The notes beneath the pieces are model-generated. The model saw only the letters and a list, made by a program, of their open reading frames with translations. It ran no database searches and was not told the origin of the DNA. The position numbers and the translations under genes are program-made. Below are positions 23,067 to 38,068 of a stretch of 64,000 nucleotides of DNA, piece after piece. Source of the DNA: Ascidiella aspersa (taxonomy: Eukaryota); contig OZ004614.1 in the NCBI GenBank assembly GCA_963924565.1, positions 25,482,001 through 25,546,000 on the forward strand. The letters are read 5' to 3'. Position 1 is the stretch's first letter. Each line of letters begins with the position of its first letter.

Positions 23067-26000
23067 CTTGAAAATGAAAATAATCCACTTGTTTTTGTTT
23101 CAGACAAACAAAAAATAAATAAAGCACGGCTTAGATTTCTAATAGCACAAATACCTAAAATATATTTATTGCAATCCTGGAATAGATTACGCATGTTTAT
23201 AAATGTGCAAATTATACAGAACAGCATGTGTTGCTTAACATGCAGCGTTATAAGCGTCCGGTTTTCAAATCTTCACAACAATCTATCGCTTGACATTTGC
23301 GATTCCCGCAATAGCAGCAGACAAGCACAAAACCCTACTTCAAAGCCATGTGCACAACACTTACAAACTTGCAGACAAACATCGTGGAAGTAACATTAGG
23401 ATGCAAACTGCACCATTGGGCCAATAAGGAAGCGATAAAATCAAATGCTGCACAAATCGCGACGCGATAAGCTTAAAGAAACACGGCTACGCTTCTAACT
23501 CGGAAAACTAAGTGTTTCTCATTTTGCTCATGCATTAGAGCTGATATTACTGCAATTGATATATAGCGTTCAAAAAAACATGTTTTATCGGTTTATCATG
23601 GAATTGTAATTGCTTGGAATAATCAACACGCATCACAATCACTGCCCAATTTTTATATGCCTTTGAAAAGAATATTGTACTTTGCAAAACGGTTACTTGA
23701 ACTATTGATGCTTATTGGAAAATAAAACCTTTTGCAATACATAACTAACCTACATACTAGAGTTGAGATTAACTGAAAGATGTTTTCACCAGTTTAAAAA
23801 TCGATAACTAACGAATTATGGCTTCAGGACTTCCAGGATTTGACGACAAAATGCAGCAGCAGCCTGGCCACTTTAGGTAAATGGGACGTAATCCCGCCTT
23901 AAGCTTTATAAGAGAGGAGCAACAACGATTTATGTCACAAAGCGCGTTAAACAAGGATTAGTAGCAATGAGACCTGATCAACAATCTAATAGCAGTGACA
24001 TACGGACGGATAATGTTACGAATAAGGGGAGACCAGACAAATTTCTAAAACTTATAAGAATTCGAACAGTCGCAACCCCTTTAAGTGTACACTTATTTTA
24101 AATGGGTTATATACAAAGAAACACAGAGTTGTTTCAATGAACTTTATTCTTGTCGGACTGATTTCGCTTTGCTTAACAATAGGTCTACTACATGTTCTAA
24201 TATCATCTCTGATAATTTAATCGAGCGTATCTTTACGTTTCAAGCGTCATAGGGGTAACTAATAGACAACATTAATAAAGATTAAATTTGTTCTATTGGA
24301 ATTCCTTCCATTTAACAAATTGATGCCGTGAATAATATAAAAAGTGTGTTTAGACTGTTTATAAAAGCAGGTATAAAACATAAAATCATATCTATTTCTG
24401 TAAAATTTTAAGGAATGTGTTTTATACCTGTTTTTATAAACCCTAAACATTAGATTCGAAAAGCAAGAATCTTTCTTTTACATTTTATTGTCTGCGGGAG
24501 ATTCCTTACATTCAAGTGTTTTAGCTTCGTATAGGAGGGAATAAGAAATTGTTGAATGAAGGTCTAAGATGTTCAAACAACGCTGATTTAACCGAAGGCC
24601 AAGTTCTATACCAGGAACCAAACCAGCAGTCGGGCGAAAATTTCGGTAGCGTCAATCAAGTGTAATACGGTTTCCTGATTGGCTGGCTGACGCGCCGGAG
24701 GGCTGCGCCACAAAAGCTGGCAGTAAAACGCGACTCAAAAAAAGCCCCAGAAAAGACGACGAAAGACAAGCATATACCCCCCTCCTCCCCCCTGGGCCGG
24801 ATAATAAAAACGCCGCATTGGCCCAATTAAAGCTGCCCATGCTGCGAGGGAAGTACCTAACAACAGGTTTGCGGTTAAGGCTACCCAAGGTGCTTGAAAC
24901 ATCCGGACAGCTTATTTTTACGGTTTGTGAGTCAACGGACAAACATTTCGAGTGCACAATCTGAAAGTTACAGTCTTTTATTGAGGAAACTAATTGAAAG
25001 TGTTGGACGACAAATCGTATTTTAATGTTGACAAGCTTTCGCACAACCATGCTTGTTTCGTTCGAATAAGCCGACATTTACATGATAAGGCATGGTCCTG
25101 CGAAAACTTGACACGGTAAAAAACATTTAATGTCCTAATTTTTCAGATTTTGAATTTGACAAATAAATTTAATCAAAATGATTCGGCAAAATTACATATT
25201 AGCTTTAACGACAGAAAGAGAACATTAATATCGTTCAAATGACGAGCTCTTATTCAGATACTACTTATTGCATTTCATTCTGAACTGTATTTTACAATCA
25301 ACATTTTAGGTCTCAGAAACCATATTTATGTTTTTAGAAAAGCATTTGAAACAACTTTAAATCAAGATCTAATAAATCAAAATATCGCAAACTCTTAATT
25401 TGATTCAGATTTGGCTTTAAGTTGTGGATTGTACACGTAATGTCGTTTATATATCGGCTGCAAATGCTCTTAGTGTGGCTTTAATCCGAAACAACAGGTC
25501 TGGCAAGATTTGGATCAAACCACGAACCAACGCACTTGGGCAAAATGACGAATCTCAGAACGCATAGATCGCTTCGCACGATATTTTAAATAAGCACGAT
25601 ATGAAGCTTGATGATTCGACTTCACGCCACTATACGAAGGTAATACAAACAAAATGAAAAGTGTCATTGCTCACTTAGTCGTACTCGACTTATACGGAAC
25701 TTGGAACCACCCTTCATATCTAATACTGTCTAAACTCAACTAAGTGATGCTGATACATATTCGCGCAATCCAGCCACCATCAAAACGCCCAACGAAATTG
25801 TTCGGTATTCTTGTTAAAGGAGATTCTGACTAAACGCCACCATAAGAAGTTTAACAAACAAATCGAACTGCTTTATTGGTTGACACTAAAGGGGAACTTA
25901 CTTAAAACTACCTCAGCTAAACTAATTTAAAAACACCTGTACTATGCTATACTTGTCTGGCCTTCGCTTTTTCCCACATATCTAAAATCCACCTGTACTT

Positions 26001-27879
26001 GCTACACTGATATATTTATCGTCTAGAATGTCTGAACTAAGCTTTTTCACACATATCCAACAGTTTACAAGCCACAGCCCAATAAGCGTGCCAGTTCAAC
26101 AGATGTATTGCGAGCGTTTGAAACGAGAACCTGAAACAAGCTGGCCTGTACGACTCTCGCGGGGCAAAGTAAAGAAACAACAAGAAAGCGAGACAATCAA
26201 TGTACTTCTGTCGTGCCCAAAGCGCCCGTCGTCCCTGGTGTCTTATTACAGGCGCCCATACAAGGGTTCATAGGCGATCGGTGATGAAACGCCAGGTGCT
26301 CACGTAGGCTGTACGAAATCACTCGAGCTTGACTTAGCTTTGCATCAGGATCTTTCAACTACAGATGAACGTCTTGGCAGGTTTCGTCTGTTGTTTGTTT
26401 ACAAGGTGATCTAGTTGAGATCAAACCTTGTGGGGTAATTAATGTAAGGAGAAAATGCCCGTATGATTTGAAGTATGAAAGCGCTGACACAAATCCCCAG
26501 GAAAGAATAACAACAACAAATCTATTTTATATACGCGCTCGTATTACAACATTGTAGGGTTACAATACAATAATCAAGCACAACTGCTTTGGTAGATATT
26601 TGTAGCTGATAAACCTTTAGACAACCAACAATTATAAAATATAGATCGCAAAAAACATAACAAATAAACAAAATCAATAGTAGGATAAAATGCATCTCGA
26701 TTCTTGCAGAAAGTGTGCTAAGTCAGCTAACTCTATTTTGCTGTGTTTCAGCACAGCAGAAGTTATGAAGTGATCCCAGCAAGGTGTTTTCTTGGCCCGT
26801 TTCATAATAATCGGTCGCCATTAGATCGTTTTGTCATAACAGAGAACTGAAACTAATCTGACAACACTTCCTGGTAATAGAGCCAAGCCAGTTCTTAATA
26901 ATATTTATCTGAAACTCTAAGCGTTCGTTTATTTTCTCGGTAAAGGCTTCGCATAAAGCTACAGCGCAGTGGCCTGGTCTATAGACGGCATTAAACATTT
27001 AACGACGATGGCGCAATTAGGCGATCGCACAACTCTGCCTATCGAATATATCTGAATGTCAATTTGCAATAAAAAGATGCCCTCGGGCTGTTTTCAGGCC
27101 CACATTGCGGGAGACTGGAAATTTGCTGATGGAATGAGTAATAAAAACTATAAAAAATATAAATGACACAACTAGAACATAAATGAAAGATGCACACACG
27201 TTTGTGTTTAATAACTACCGTGATCTAGCAAGCCTTCCTGAAGCAGCTTTTTTTTTAAATATTTGCAAACTTTACTTATAAAAGAAAGAACGCAATTCTA
27301 GTAATTATCACGAGATGATTTGATTGACTCCTATTCTGCCTTGACATAACTAGAAAGGTGTACGTCCTCAGCTATGAATAAAACTATATGCAGTTGAAGG
27401 GTTTGACAGAGTTGTACAATTGAAAACAAAGCTTATCCGTCGTAATAACGCACCCGTCTAACGACTTTGTACTCAATTATACGCACTGAAATGGTCACGT
27501 CATATTATAAGACATTTATGCGTAACAAAACACTTGGGTATTACTAAACCGTCATTACATTAAAAATCAACACCTAAATCTCCTTTATCAAATAACTGGG
27601 TGAATCCTTAATTTTGTTGCTTCTCACTACATTTAGAACTTAATAAAGAGTTGCATAAAAGTAACTTAAGATCCACACATTTTTTTGAGTTCTAAATTCC
27701 AAGTATCTGTACAACTTTCATTCGGCGGCATATTTCTTTCTATTTTCCTAAAACCAGGTATAACCACCTCGGACTATATATTTCTTAGATACGATACAAC
27801 TAGACAAATTAGTAGAGACCAATTTTTTATTCGGTATTGAGTCATTTATTTCGACCAAGGTGCTCCCCCGTTCTGAACA

Positions 27880-28240
27880 AACCATTCACTAGTAGTAACA
27901 TCACAGTATATAGGTACCAACCGTAAAGTTCAATCCAACGTCAGATAACAGTTAAATTAGTTTTCTGCGTGTTTTCAGCTCATTTCAACTTAAAAACTAT
28001 TCTGTCTTGTTTAAAACGGCCAAGAAAACTGAGCATCACTGCCTCATACAAACAGTAAATCCCACTCCAACGTTAGTAAACAGTTTATTATTTTTCTACC
28101 GTTTCTCATCTTACTTCAACCCAAAAAAACTTGTGCCTTGTTTAAAATCCAACCATCCAAAACTGGTGCACCACAGCCTCATATCCACAGGGGTGGGGAC
28201 AACAGTAAATCCCACTCCAACGTTAGTAAACAGCCAGTTC
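27880..28240. repeat. Tandem repeat of about 150-nt units
   Basis: aacagtaaatcccactccaacgttagtaaacag is identical at 28051 and 28201; a more degenerate unit lies near 27915. Confidence 0.8.
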
Positions 28241-31228
28241 GCGTTTTTTGCGGTAGACAGAAATGTGAGGACGCCAGAGCCGCCGCTTGTTCAAATATCA
28301 GAGACTGTCGGCGGCAGAAACAACTAATCACGTCATCGAAACGCTACCGACCGTCGCTTGACGATTACGTGCTTATGTTGACCGAGCAATGACGGAGCGG
28401 TTGACATCTGGGGTAGGTAAAGCAATTAGGAAGCTTACAATGTTGCGCTTGTGTGTTTACTGCTGGTGGAGATCTCACCGGCTTGCGTTTGGAATTTTTT
28501 CCACAGTTGATTAGGCGATTAGTTTGGACGAATAAATAACGGCGCTCATGATGAAGTAGGTAGCATTTCATCGCATATATGGGTTTAAATATTTGTTATA
28601 CGTCTAACTACAACCTCCAGCCATTATCTAAGATTTATCACAAAGTGCTACCTACTTCTGCATTGACTTTGGCATTCATTCTATTCCTTACACCTTTTTA
28701 GCGTATTCCCAATTACGTAGTGAATGACAGTTTTTCTATGTATATTCATAATTTGGTAGTTATTACCTTTTTAAACCATAAAATTACCTGGATGCCGCTT
28801 CAACGAAAATACAATTGTTGGTCTTGTTTAAACTAAACTGATAAAAGTTGTACAAGCTAAATTACCAACACTGCATTAAAACATATCTTATTGACGCTAG
28901 TTCACCTAGAATAACACATAGACACTTAAACAGCCACAAAACACGTAAAGTGCTTCTAATCTAGAAAGTTAAAAATCTACTTTTTTGATTACCTGAGAAT
29001 TTTAAAAGCACAACCTCTGTAATACAACGTTGCGCATCTTCAATTAAACAACAGGCAAGATAAGTTAACAAAGTAAAACAAAACACAGGGATCTAGATTC
29101 TCCACTAACAACAGAAAACCCTCATATCAATCTTAATTACGAAAGCAAAACCACCCAGACCACATTGCCAAACAATAGGCCAACTATTGGCAGCTAATTG
29201 TAAAGTTGCGACATGCCCTGTGCCTTTGAAACAAACCCTGAACTATATTTGGCAGCGAGCGAAGTAAATTGCGCTCCTGACTTTGCTGGGGTTGTTTTTC
29301 AACTGAGGTTCAGCTGGAATCCATTAAAGCCCAAAAAGAAAGATTGGTTGTAAAATGAACACAACACTCTCTTCTAACAGGACTTGAGATGCCCTATACA
29401 CTTGTTTCTGACAACTTTATATACACTTTTTTGCCGTATTAATATTACATTTTCTTTAAAATCGTAATGTTATACGCAAACAGCTGGCATTTTTGGCCAG
29501 GACTCGATCTGTTTTGCTTTTCTTGATACTTGTTGTCAAATTTTAAAATTTTTTGTCACAACTAAGCAGTTAGAAATGTAAAACTTTCGCTCAAGCGTTT
29601 ACGTATCAAGACATGTACATTGCGTTCACTTTATTTATTGGAGTGCTCCCAGTCTTAAAATAGCAACACTTCCTATCTTACAACTACAATACTCCAACTC
29701 TCATTCAATATTAGCTTTAAGAATTTCGAAAAACAAGATCGGAATTTGAAATTCCATTCTTTTATCTCAAAAGTCTCATAATCAAAATAGCTGCGCAAAA
29801 CATTTTACAGCCGCACAAGGCTCGACAATGCAAATTCAAAGGGGACAAAAGGCAAAGAAAACAGCGCTTTGAGCCAGCAAAGGTATCCGATGACCGTCTG
29901 GCGGCAAACCAATGGTACGATAAAAGGCAGACCTGACCTTTCGGCCCCTGAGCAGAAAGCCAGCATTTCTCTCGACGGCCGGGTGGAGCGAAACACGTTT
30001 TGATAAATCGCGCCAAGGGTGCATCGGAGTTTGGGGGTGGATTGTGTGTGAGGGGGTGGGGGGTTCGTTTATACTCGTCTATGCTAGAGGAAATTTTTCA
30101 TATTGTTTTTGTAACATGAATGTAGCGAGACAGCGAAAGTACATATTATTTACCATAAAAGCATTTGTGCTACAGGATAATTTTGATAACTTTCTGTATT
30201 TTTATATTTCACACAAGTTTGCTACTTGACAAGGTAGGAAAGGTTGGAAACGACAACCAGCTAGAAATGAGCTGTTTTGGAAACTCCAAGGTTTTCTGTC
30301 ACAGTTCTATGTTTAGGCCTTCTTTAAAAGCACGTAAAAAAGAATTTAACGGACTTTGATGTGACCACGGTTCGTCACAAAAGATGTTAAAACAGCAGTA
30401 GAAAGCAACTCTAAACTATCCTATCGTGCACCTTGTCTCTTCTAGTGAGCCATCCACGCCCAAATCGGGTTCAAAAGGTCGAAAAGCGAAACCCACAGGC
30501 GAGCGCTCCAATAGGCAGGTGATAAATGCTGAAATATCGACCAAAAACACCAAAAAAGCCGCGATTCTTTCATCGCTAGGCAAACGCAGCAAGCTAACAG
30601 CAAAATGGGAAGCAAGGATCGGTGCTTTGATCAAAAGACGCGACGCCTCTATGGAAAGCAAACTTTTCTTTCTCGCAGACAGTAGACACACACGATTTCA
30701 CGCTCGGTTGAACCTGCGCTGGCTTCTGGGTTAAACGGGGATTCCCGCTAGTTCTTCTTAATCTGACTCACCCACATTTACCCCTAACGCGTCTGCCCAT
30801 TGTCAAACAGCGTGAAAAACAATGGTTTGGGTAGGGGTACTTTTGTGGCGCAACTGGGGTATTTTTGCTTTATACGGCATTCAGACAAAATAAATTAATG
30901 TGTTTTCTCGTTCGGTTTACAGCAAATGACGTCACAATTGTGGAACAAGCAAATGGCAATTGTGAAGTGATAAAATTGCAAGACTTAACGGAAAATCTGA
31001 ATTTCTTATCAAGCGAAAGCCAACAATAATAGCGGAAAGATGCTTTGGTAGCTAACTCTCATTTAAGGAATATTAACATCACAGTCGCAATAAATCTCAG
31101 ATTATTATTATCAGCGACGCAACGCTTGCCATTCAGCTAATAACCATGGTTGGCCCTTAAACAACATCCCATAGCGTAGAAGCGCATAAAACGGCAATAA
31201 AGCTGTTTGGCGAACTGACGATCTAGCT

Positions 31229-31529
31229 CAGTGTTTTTTAATCTTTTTTTCGCGGTGACCCAAATACTAAAGCTTTGTCCACCCAATTCTATTCACTGAA
31301 CTTTTTATATAAATGAACAAAACATAAGATAGTGGCATAAATAAGTAGGTATTCATTAGCATTGGATATGTATTCGTGTTTTTCCACAGAATTCTCAATC
31401 TTAAAGAAATCTTGGTGAAAACCAAATCTCAACAAATCTAACATATGTAAAAACTACTGCAGCCGGTGACGCAACCAAATTGAACGAGGACAAAATTTTG
31501 GGTCGCGACCCTTTGATTGAGAAACACTG
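31229..31529. mobile_element. hAT/Charlie-type non-autonomous element (family B)
   Basis: Ends cagtgtttt.taatc ... gattgagaaacactg, subterminal gggtcgcgaccc; related copies near 1455-1701, 54557-54820 and 62350-62620. Confidence 0.65.
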
Positions 31530-34500
31530 AACTAACAGCTCACGTCAATGTCAAGACTACAACAGGGCTGGAGTCTGGGTTGTCGACTGCTGGGATAACA
31601 AGCCGATAGCGCAGTGGAACACTTAGTAGGCGCGAGATAAGCATAAGTTCCTTCCGCAATTTCAACATAACGTTTTTATTACCTCAAGCCGTCTGCTTGA
31701 CGTTTTCAATTTCAATAACAATGCATTACAACGCATTTCAATTGGAAAGAGACATTTAGTCTTGTGATATTTTGAATGCTACATTCGTATCTCTTAAGTC
31801 TAACAGGTAGCAAAAATTGATTAACATAAATTACTAAATGCATTTTTGCCGACACGCTGATTGACAAACAATAAACGATTTTGTGCCTTTTAAGTCATTT
31901 TACATCATTGAAAAATAACTATATTTTTAAATGAGTTTAACTATCCTTGATATCCAGCATTGGACGTCACAGCTTGTAATTCCCAACTATACTTGAAATA
32001 AACGAGGCAGCCTCATCAGCAAGATATTTCTCTTCTAGCTATGATAAGATGTGAAAATTCGAAAAAAATAAACTAGTTTCCACTTGAATTCTGTATACGA
32101 TAATAGTCTATATGCAAATAGTGATTACTGATTACCAAGCGCAGTATACAATGTGATGTTGTCCAACTGTAAAGCGTATGAGTCAACCGGAAACGGTTAC
32201 AACATATAAACAACCACAAAAATTACATTAAAACAAGAATCTCAAAACAATTTGCACTTCCCAATACTAAACTGCTAGAACAGCCTAGCTATATGTCGGT
32301 GTGACTCATATTTGTCCTATTTTCGGTGTGAAAATATTAATATAGTCCGCAAATAGAACAATATTTACCCGGTGCGGCAATTACAAGACAAATGCATAAA
32401 ATATTAAAATACCCCCATCACAGTTTACCAAGCATTTTTATATACATTGTCTCACAATAAAGCACACATCAAAATACTGGACTGCCGGTTACAACTAAAA
32501 CTGCCACAGTTTTACGTCGCAGTAAGTCTGCAACAATTGCACTGTCCGTAGTAAGTAGTGTTTGTAACAACATCAAACTCCAACGCGTTGCATAAACAAT
32601 CAGAGTCTCGCGGCAGTAACTATCACGTCACAACGAGTGACGTTTCGCGCGTGCCACTCGTCCGAGGGGAAGGGGTGTTTATTTTTTCGTCGCAATCTGG
32701 TGCCGAGAGAAAAAATCGATTCGGAATGGAAGGAATTTGACTGGAGACGATTTTATGACCCGGGCATATTTTACACCACCTCACTCAAGAATAAATAGCA
32801 ACAGAACGACAGAATGATGGTGACTTGGCGACCACGTCGACCGAAGAATTGGTCAGAAAAATTGGTGCAAAAAACTTACAAATAACACAGCATTTTGCTT
32901 CGCCGAAAATGTGTCAACAAAAGGTTGGGATTATTAGGCAGCCTGATTCGCGATTCGGTTTTCTCGTTTTGCGTAGATTGTTGATTTAAAAGACGTTTAA
33001 TCGACTTTCTGTTATTACTGAAACATTCATACACAATGGTGTATAAGCTGTCACTAGATGGTTTCCAAAAAAATATGAATTGATCAATAAGAGAGTCAAT
33101 GCTAACGAGCATTTGTTATCAGTTGAGAATCTTAACTTCTTCAGGGGATTTTCAGTCCAATGGCTTAACCAGTTAAAATAAGCACAAAACAAAGCGTTTG
33201 GCGAACCAATATCGATTTCCTGGATTGGTTGGTGGTGCTCTTACAATGCGGTTGGTAGTGCTCTACAACGCGCGAGAGGCGTGGCTTCAAGTAAACCACC
33301 GTCACAATGCTACCATTGTTAATCGCGTTGTTGATTTCGAACAAATCCGATAATGCGGCGATAATTGGCCGCTATGGTTTCCGACCGATCGGCAATCTAG
33401 GTTTCGCACTTTTCAGGATTTATTCAAGAACCGGATACCACAATGTGGTTTAGCACAAAGAGTAATCGAGATTGACGTTTGTTCTGACGACTTGCAAATT
33501 AAAGATAGTTTTTAGGTAAAAATGAGGAACATTTAGCTTTAATGCGAAGTACAAAGTTTAAACTTCTTACAAGCAATCTCGAGTAATCAAAAAATACCAA
33601 GTATTCTAAATCGAAGTTAAGCTTTTAAACGTACGAAGCAAAAGGGGTTGTTAAGCTGAAACTTTGCTGACACTGAAATGTACGCCCTGGTTTTATTAAA
33701 CTTTTCAGATAAGTAAAAACCTTCTCGCTAAAACACAGTGACCATCCTCGATATTCAACTAAAAAGAAAACTTTTAAAAGACAAGATATTCATAATTTAC
33801 AGCGCAACCGAAAAATAATTTAACGTTCACTTATTGCGAACACCAATCCAAGTAACAAACTTAACCAAAAAATTCACAAAAACATTTGCTGTTCCCACAC
33901 AACCGCCTCACTACACTGACATAATCACGAGCAGCGTTTCACAGAGGCAGCAAGCCCAACAAGCCAAACACTATGCTTTGTACACAAGGAAAGAAAGGCC
34001 AGGAATGCTGCGAGAAAGAAGTGGCGATACGACAATACAAAGACCAACAATCGACCTAATCACAGCAATGAACGCATTCTGGGGCAAGTTCAAGTAGAAA
34101 TATACGGCAGCCTGTAATTTTCACCAAGGGTTCGATATTAATATTGGCGCAATTGTTGAGAGAGACAACAGAATTTGTGGATTCCAAAAACCACACACGA
34201 AATAGATAAGTTACACACTAAATTGGCCAATTTTAATGTGGTTCCAGACGACTTTTTAGACGTATTTTTCTTCTTAGTTCTGTTTACAGTTGTGATGATA
34301 ATTCCGACTGTGTGTTACAACCCATCCCGCTATCTGTATGTTACAGCCCATCCCGCCATTTTTGCTGCTTTTTTCCGTGACAGAAGTATCAGTCCAAAAG
34401 CCGTGCGACCAAAATATTTTGCGAGTTGTTTCTTGATACAAACGTTTTCTTAGGACTGTTTGTTTGTGGCAGCATTTTTCACAAAACGTTAAAGCTTTGT

Positions 34501-37500
34501 CTGTATAGCAAAGTCTTAACAGGAATAATGTTCAAATAAAAAAAGCATTTATCTAGATTATTAGTTCTCAAACTTTTTCACCTGGCTCTCGCTTATTTAG
34601 TCAAACTTAGGCCAGAAAATGAAACAAAAAAGAACAGCACCGTTCTTGCGTATATTGTCTTGTTACATCCGTTTAAAACTTCAATGGCAATCTTATAATC
34701 CATCCCAGTAGTTTTAAAGCTCATTTGGTCAACATTTAGCCAGCAAACGAGGCTAAAAAGGGAGCCGGCCTTTACAGAGGTGGCAACTTGGCCGATTGCG
34801 ATGTGTGTGGAAACAGTTTGAATGAGGGCGGGTCGTGGGATCAATGTAACTCTGCACCGTTCCATTGTTGTGACGGCAGGCGTCCAGGAATTTACTTCGT
34901 ATGATAAATAACGAGCAACTGCTGGAGATGAACTGATTAAGTCTTTGTTTTGATGAGGAATACAACTATAGACTTAAGGGTTGAGGCCTTTCAATGCAGT
35001 GTATTCATTTTCCAATTTAACCAATATTGATAAACTTGTTGAGGGTTGATGATCGTTATAAAATATTATATTCATTGCTTGTTTCAGAAGACTACTCCAA
35101 TCATCAAAACTCGTTTGTTTTGTATTTATAATATCACATAACAAAACAAGCACGAAAATAAAGTGAATTAACAGAAGGTGCATCTTAAGTGGAACATTTT
35201 AAATGGTAAACGAGTGTGAAATAAAGACCGAGCTTCAAGTTTTCTACAACCAAATTTCTCCCAGCGAATGCATCCTAAACACATTTAAACTGAAGTGGAA
35301 AAAATGTAATGTTTTTGTCACGAATCTGTAGAACATTGATTTATCGCAATCGAGTATTTGCGCCACGACAACCAGTAACACGGCCTTATCAGCTGTAAGC
35401 ATTCCAGAGCGCATACCTTGTGATGTGATCTTGTTTTTGTTGTTGAAGGCTATTTCCAGCTATGTTGTTTGTTCGTAATATTGAGTTCTTAAACTCAGAG
35501 AATGCGAGAGACTATTCCTGGATGTCAACAGCGCGCGGTCCTTTGTTTACGCGTCAATTAGAACATTGTTACGCAACTTAGTTTCGTGTCGCAGATAAAC
35601 AAGGCAACAACAAATGATAAGTTCCTTATTTCTTTCAGTTCAATGCAACAGCCTACGTTCCTGATATCAGGCCTTATGTACACTCAGGCTTTTGTCACAA
35701 GCAATGCTGAGAGCAGTAGGAAAAGCCAACTAAAATATTTTGTCTTTGTCTTCGCAAAATCCTAATTAACCAGTGGTTATTGGTTTGACTGAACAAATAA
35801 GTACAACATTTTGCTTAGTAGGTTGCAATTGAAAGATCTTATTTTGCGAACCATATCTGATAAAAGGGACAAATCTCCAGGAATTCCAAGATCGTTAATA
35901 AGCCTGTCTAGTGTTTTAAAAAGAAATGTCTTCTCTATACTGGTTGTCAATATTTTACTTATGATGCAGCTGTCTACTTCTGTATGGGCTTTGATATTCA
36001 TTCTACGTCTAACTACAATCTCCAGCCATTGTTTTAAGATTTATTCGAAATGTCAAATGCTACCTACTTATATTAGCTTTGATACTCATTGTACGTCTAA
36101 TTATTTTACGTTATCGAGAAACACTTCAAGACGGCGAAGCAAAAAATCGGACTTATTAAGGGTTATTTAAAATTCAACATCATCATTCGTAAGAGCATTA
36201 ATTGACCGATATGATCAGGATTTAACTTTTCAATGGTGGGAATATTTTTCTCTTGTTGTATCCGGACAATTGTAAGCTCAGGAGTTCGATTACAAGCGAA
36301 GAAACAAAAGCGAAAGCGGAAAAGGCCCAATTCTCACGCGAGTGACAACAATTAACCATTCACAACAATCACTGAATTGATCGAATCGACATGGTTAAGA
36401 CAACTATAACAAACGCGCGTGTCACAAATGCTGAAGAAAGCTCAGGAACTGAGATTTAAGATTAGGAATCAATGTATCATTGCCCTGATGAAGATAACTC
36501 GCATATAGATTATCGAAATCGGTACATATAATAAAAAGGGTTTCCAGGAGAACAATTTTTCAATTGATACAAAGCCTGGTAGCAACAGCATATTCAATAA
36601 TGATTTAAGTGCATAGCTCCTAATGTTGCTTAAGAATATTGCATTTGTTAATATTCATATAAAAATAAAGGAGCGAAAAAAAACCTCCGAAAACATTAGA
36701 AATAATAATTCAAGGGTTTACAATTAAACTAAATTTGCTTAAGGCCAATACAATCTTTTAAGTTTTGTTTTTTTAGATTTTTCTATTTCACACGAATTCA
36801 TATAAAACATAGAGGGAATGGCAATCACGTTAAAAATAGACCAAAGTTTTCGAAAAAGAGGAAGAATCCCAACAGGACAATTAGAAGTTACCCATCACAG
36901 TTGATTGATTTAACAAAGCAAGACAGTGAAGTGAGGAGTAGGTGGATTTTATGAGTCACAATTAACAAAGCGACCAGGAGCGACACTTGAGCCCCCAAAC
37001 ATAGCCACATAAGCCGCTACTACAGGCACCTCAGCGAGGCATTTTCTCTTCAAGGATTGTCTTTCTAGGGGGATCTTGGTTGTTAGCGATTCTATTCTGG
37101 GCATTTCTCATTTTAAAATGCTTCAAACCGTGCCATACAAAGCAACGATTGGCCAGTTTTGGCGGACACTTCATTTTTTCACAGCGGGTGTCTTCTTGGC
37201 CTAATCCCAGTGTTACCTCCGAATGATGTACTTTAAAAATGGTTGAAATTATAATTTTGGGCTTAGTTATAAGAGTCCTAAATGAATCGCAAACTATGTG
37301 TAGTAAATAGACACATAGAACACAATTATTACGCATAGCTTATCGTTTCCAAGCTTCTACAATAGTTACAAACGTTGCCCGAATTTAATACAGGATTGTG
37401 ATGAATAGTTGATGGTACAAAAGGCGGCAAATTGTACTCGATGTCGCGAATATAAATTTTTGGCCCATATAATTAGCCAGGAAATGTAAAGTGGAGTCAA

Positions 37501-37919
37501 AAATACGGACTTTTCCAAACAAGGGGCATCATTGGTCGGATGGGTTAATTCTGTAAACATTGAAACGAAAACTGGCAAATCCCCTAACGCGTTAACTGTG
37601 TTTTTTAGCAGGAGAAGTTCCTTCGAAAAACAGGGGTAAACGTAAGGACGGTAATTTGGTCAACAAAAAAACTTGTTTTAGATTAAATTACCAAAACAAA
37701 TCGTGAATCCTTAAGTACCTGGACGGCTTAAATCGCTTCCAGGCTGTGACTGCTGATTTTACATTCTCTCGGATGGCAAATGTAGCTCAATCTGAACTAA
37801 CTGCTATTTACATGAACTGTTACATGAACTGTCAGGGCGAAAAACTAGAAAATTGTAAGACACAGAACAAACTGTTAACTACCTCAAATAATTTCAGCCA
37901 AAAAAAAACATTTATATGG

Positions 37920-38068
37920 AGCATAATAGCTGGAGGTTTTAGTCAAGACGTAGTAAGAATATCAAAGCCCATACAGAAGTAGGTAATATTTCGAACGTTT
38001 CGAATATTTCTTCATTAATTTTTAACATGAAAAAAAATATTCGAAACTTTTAAACTGCTACCTACTTC
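37920..38068. mobile_element. MITE-like family A, near-complete hairpin copy (about 15 fragments in window)
   Basis: Arm gcataatggctggaggttgtagttagacgtag..atcaaagcccatacagaagtaggtagcattttgaacgtttcgaa followed by its inverted copy. Other copies near 6628-6840, 8787-8832, 10450-10895 (x3), 18620-18680, 28550-28690, 35960-36100, 39215-39275, 44888-44935, 52763-52850, 55490-55620. Confidence 0.75.

Noticed and set aside
30416-30734. Lys/Ser-rich 102-aa plus-strand ORF, considered as a nested gene
   Set aside because: GTG start, no recognisable domain, no supporting exons; its length is expected by chance
30765-31740. ATG-donor pairs near 30777 (MW|gtgagt) and 31683
   Set aside because: Both end in phase 0, which is incompatible with exon C; they could at most be non-coding exons
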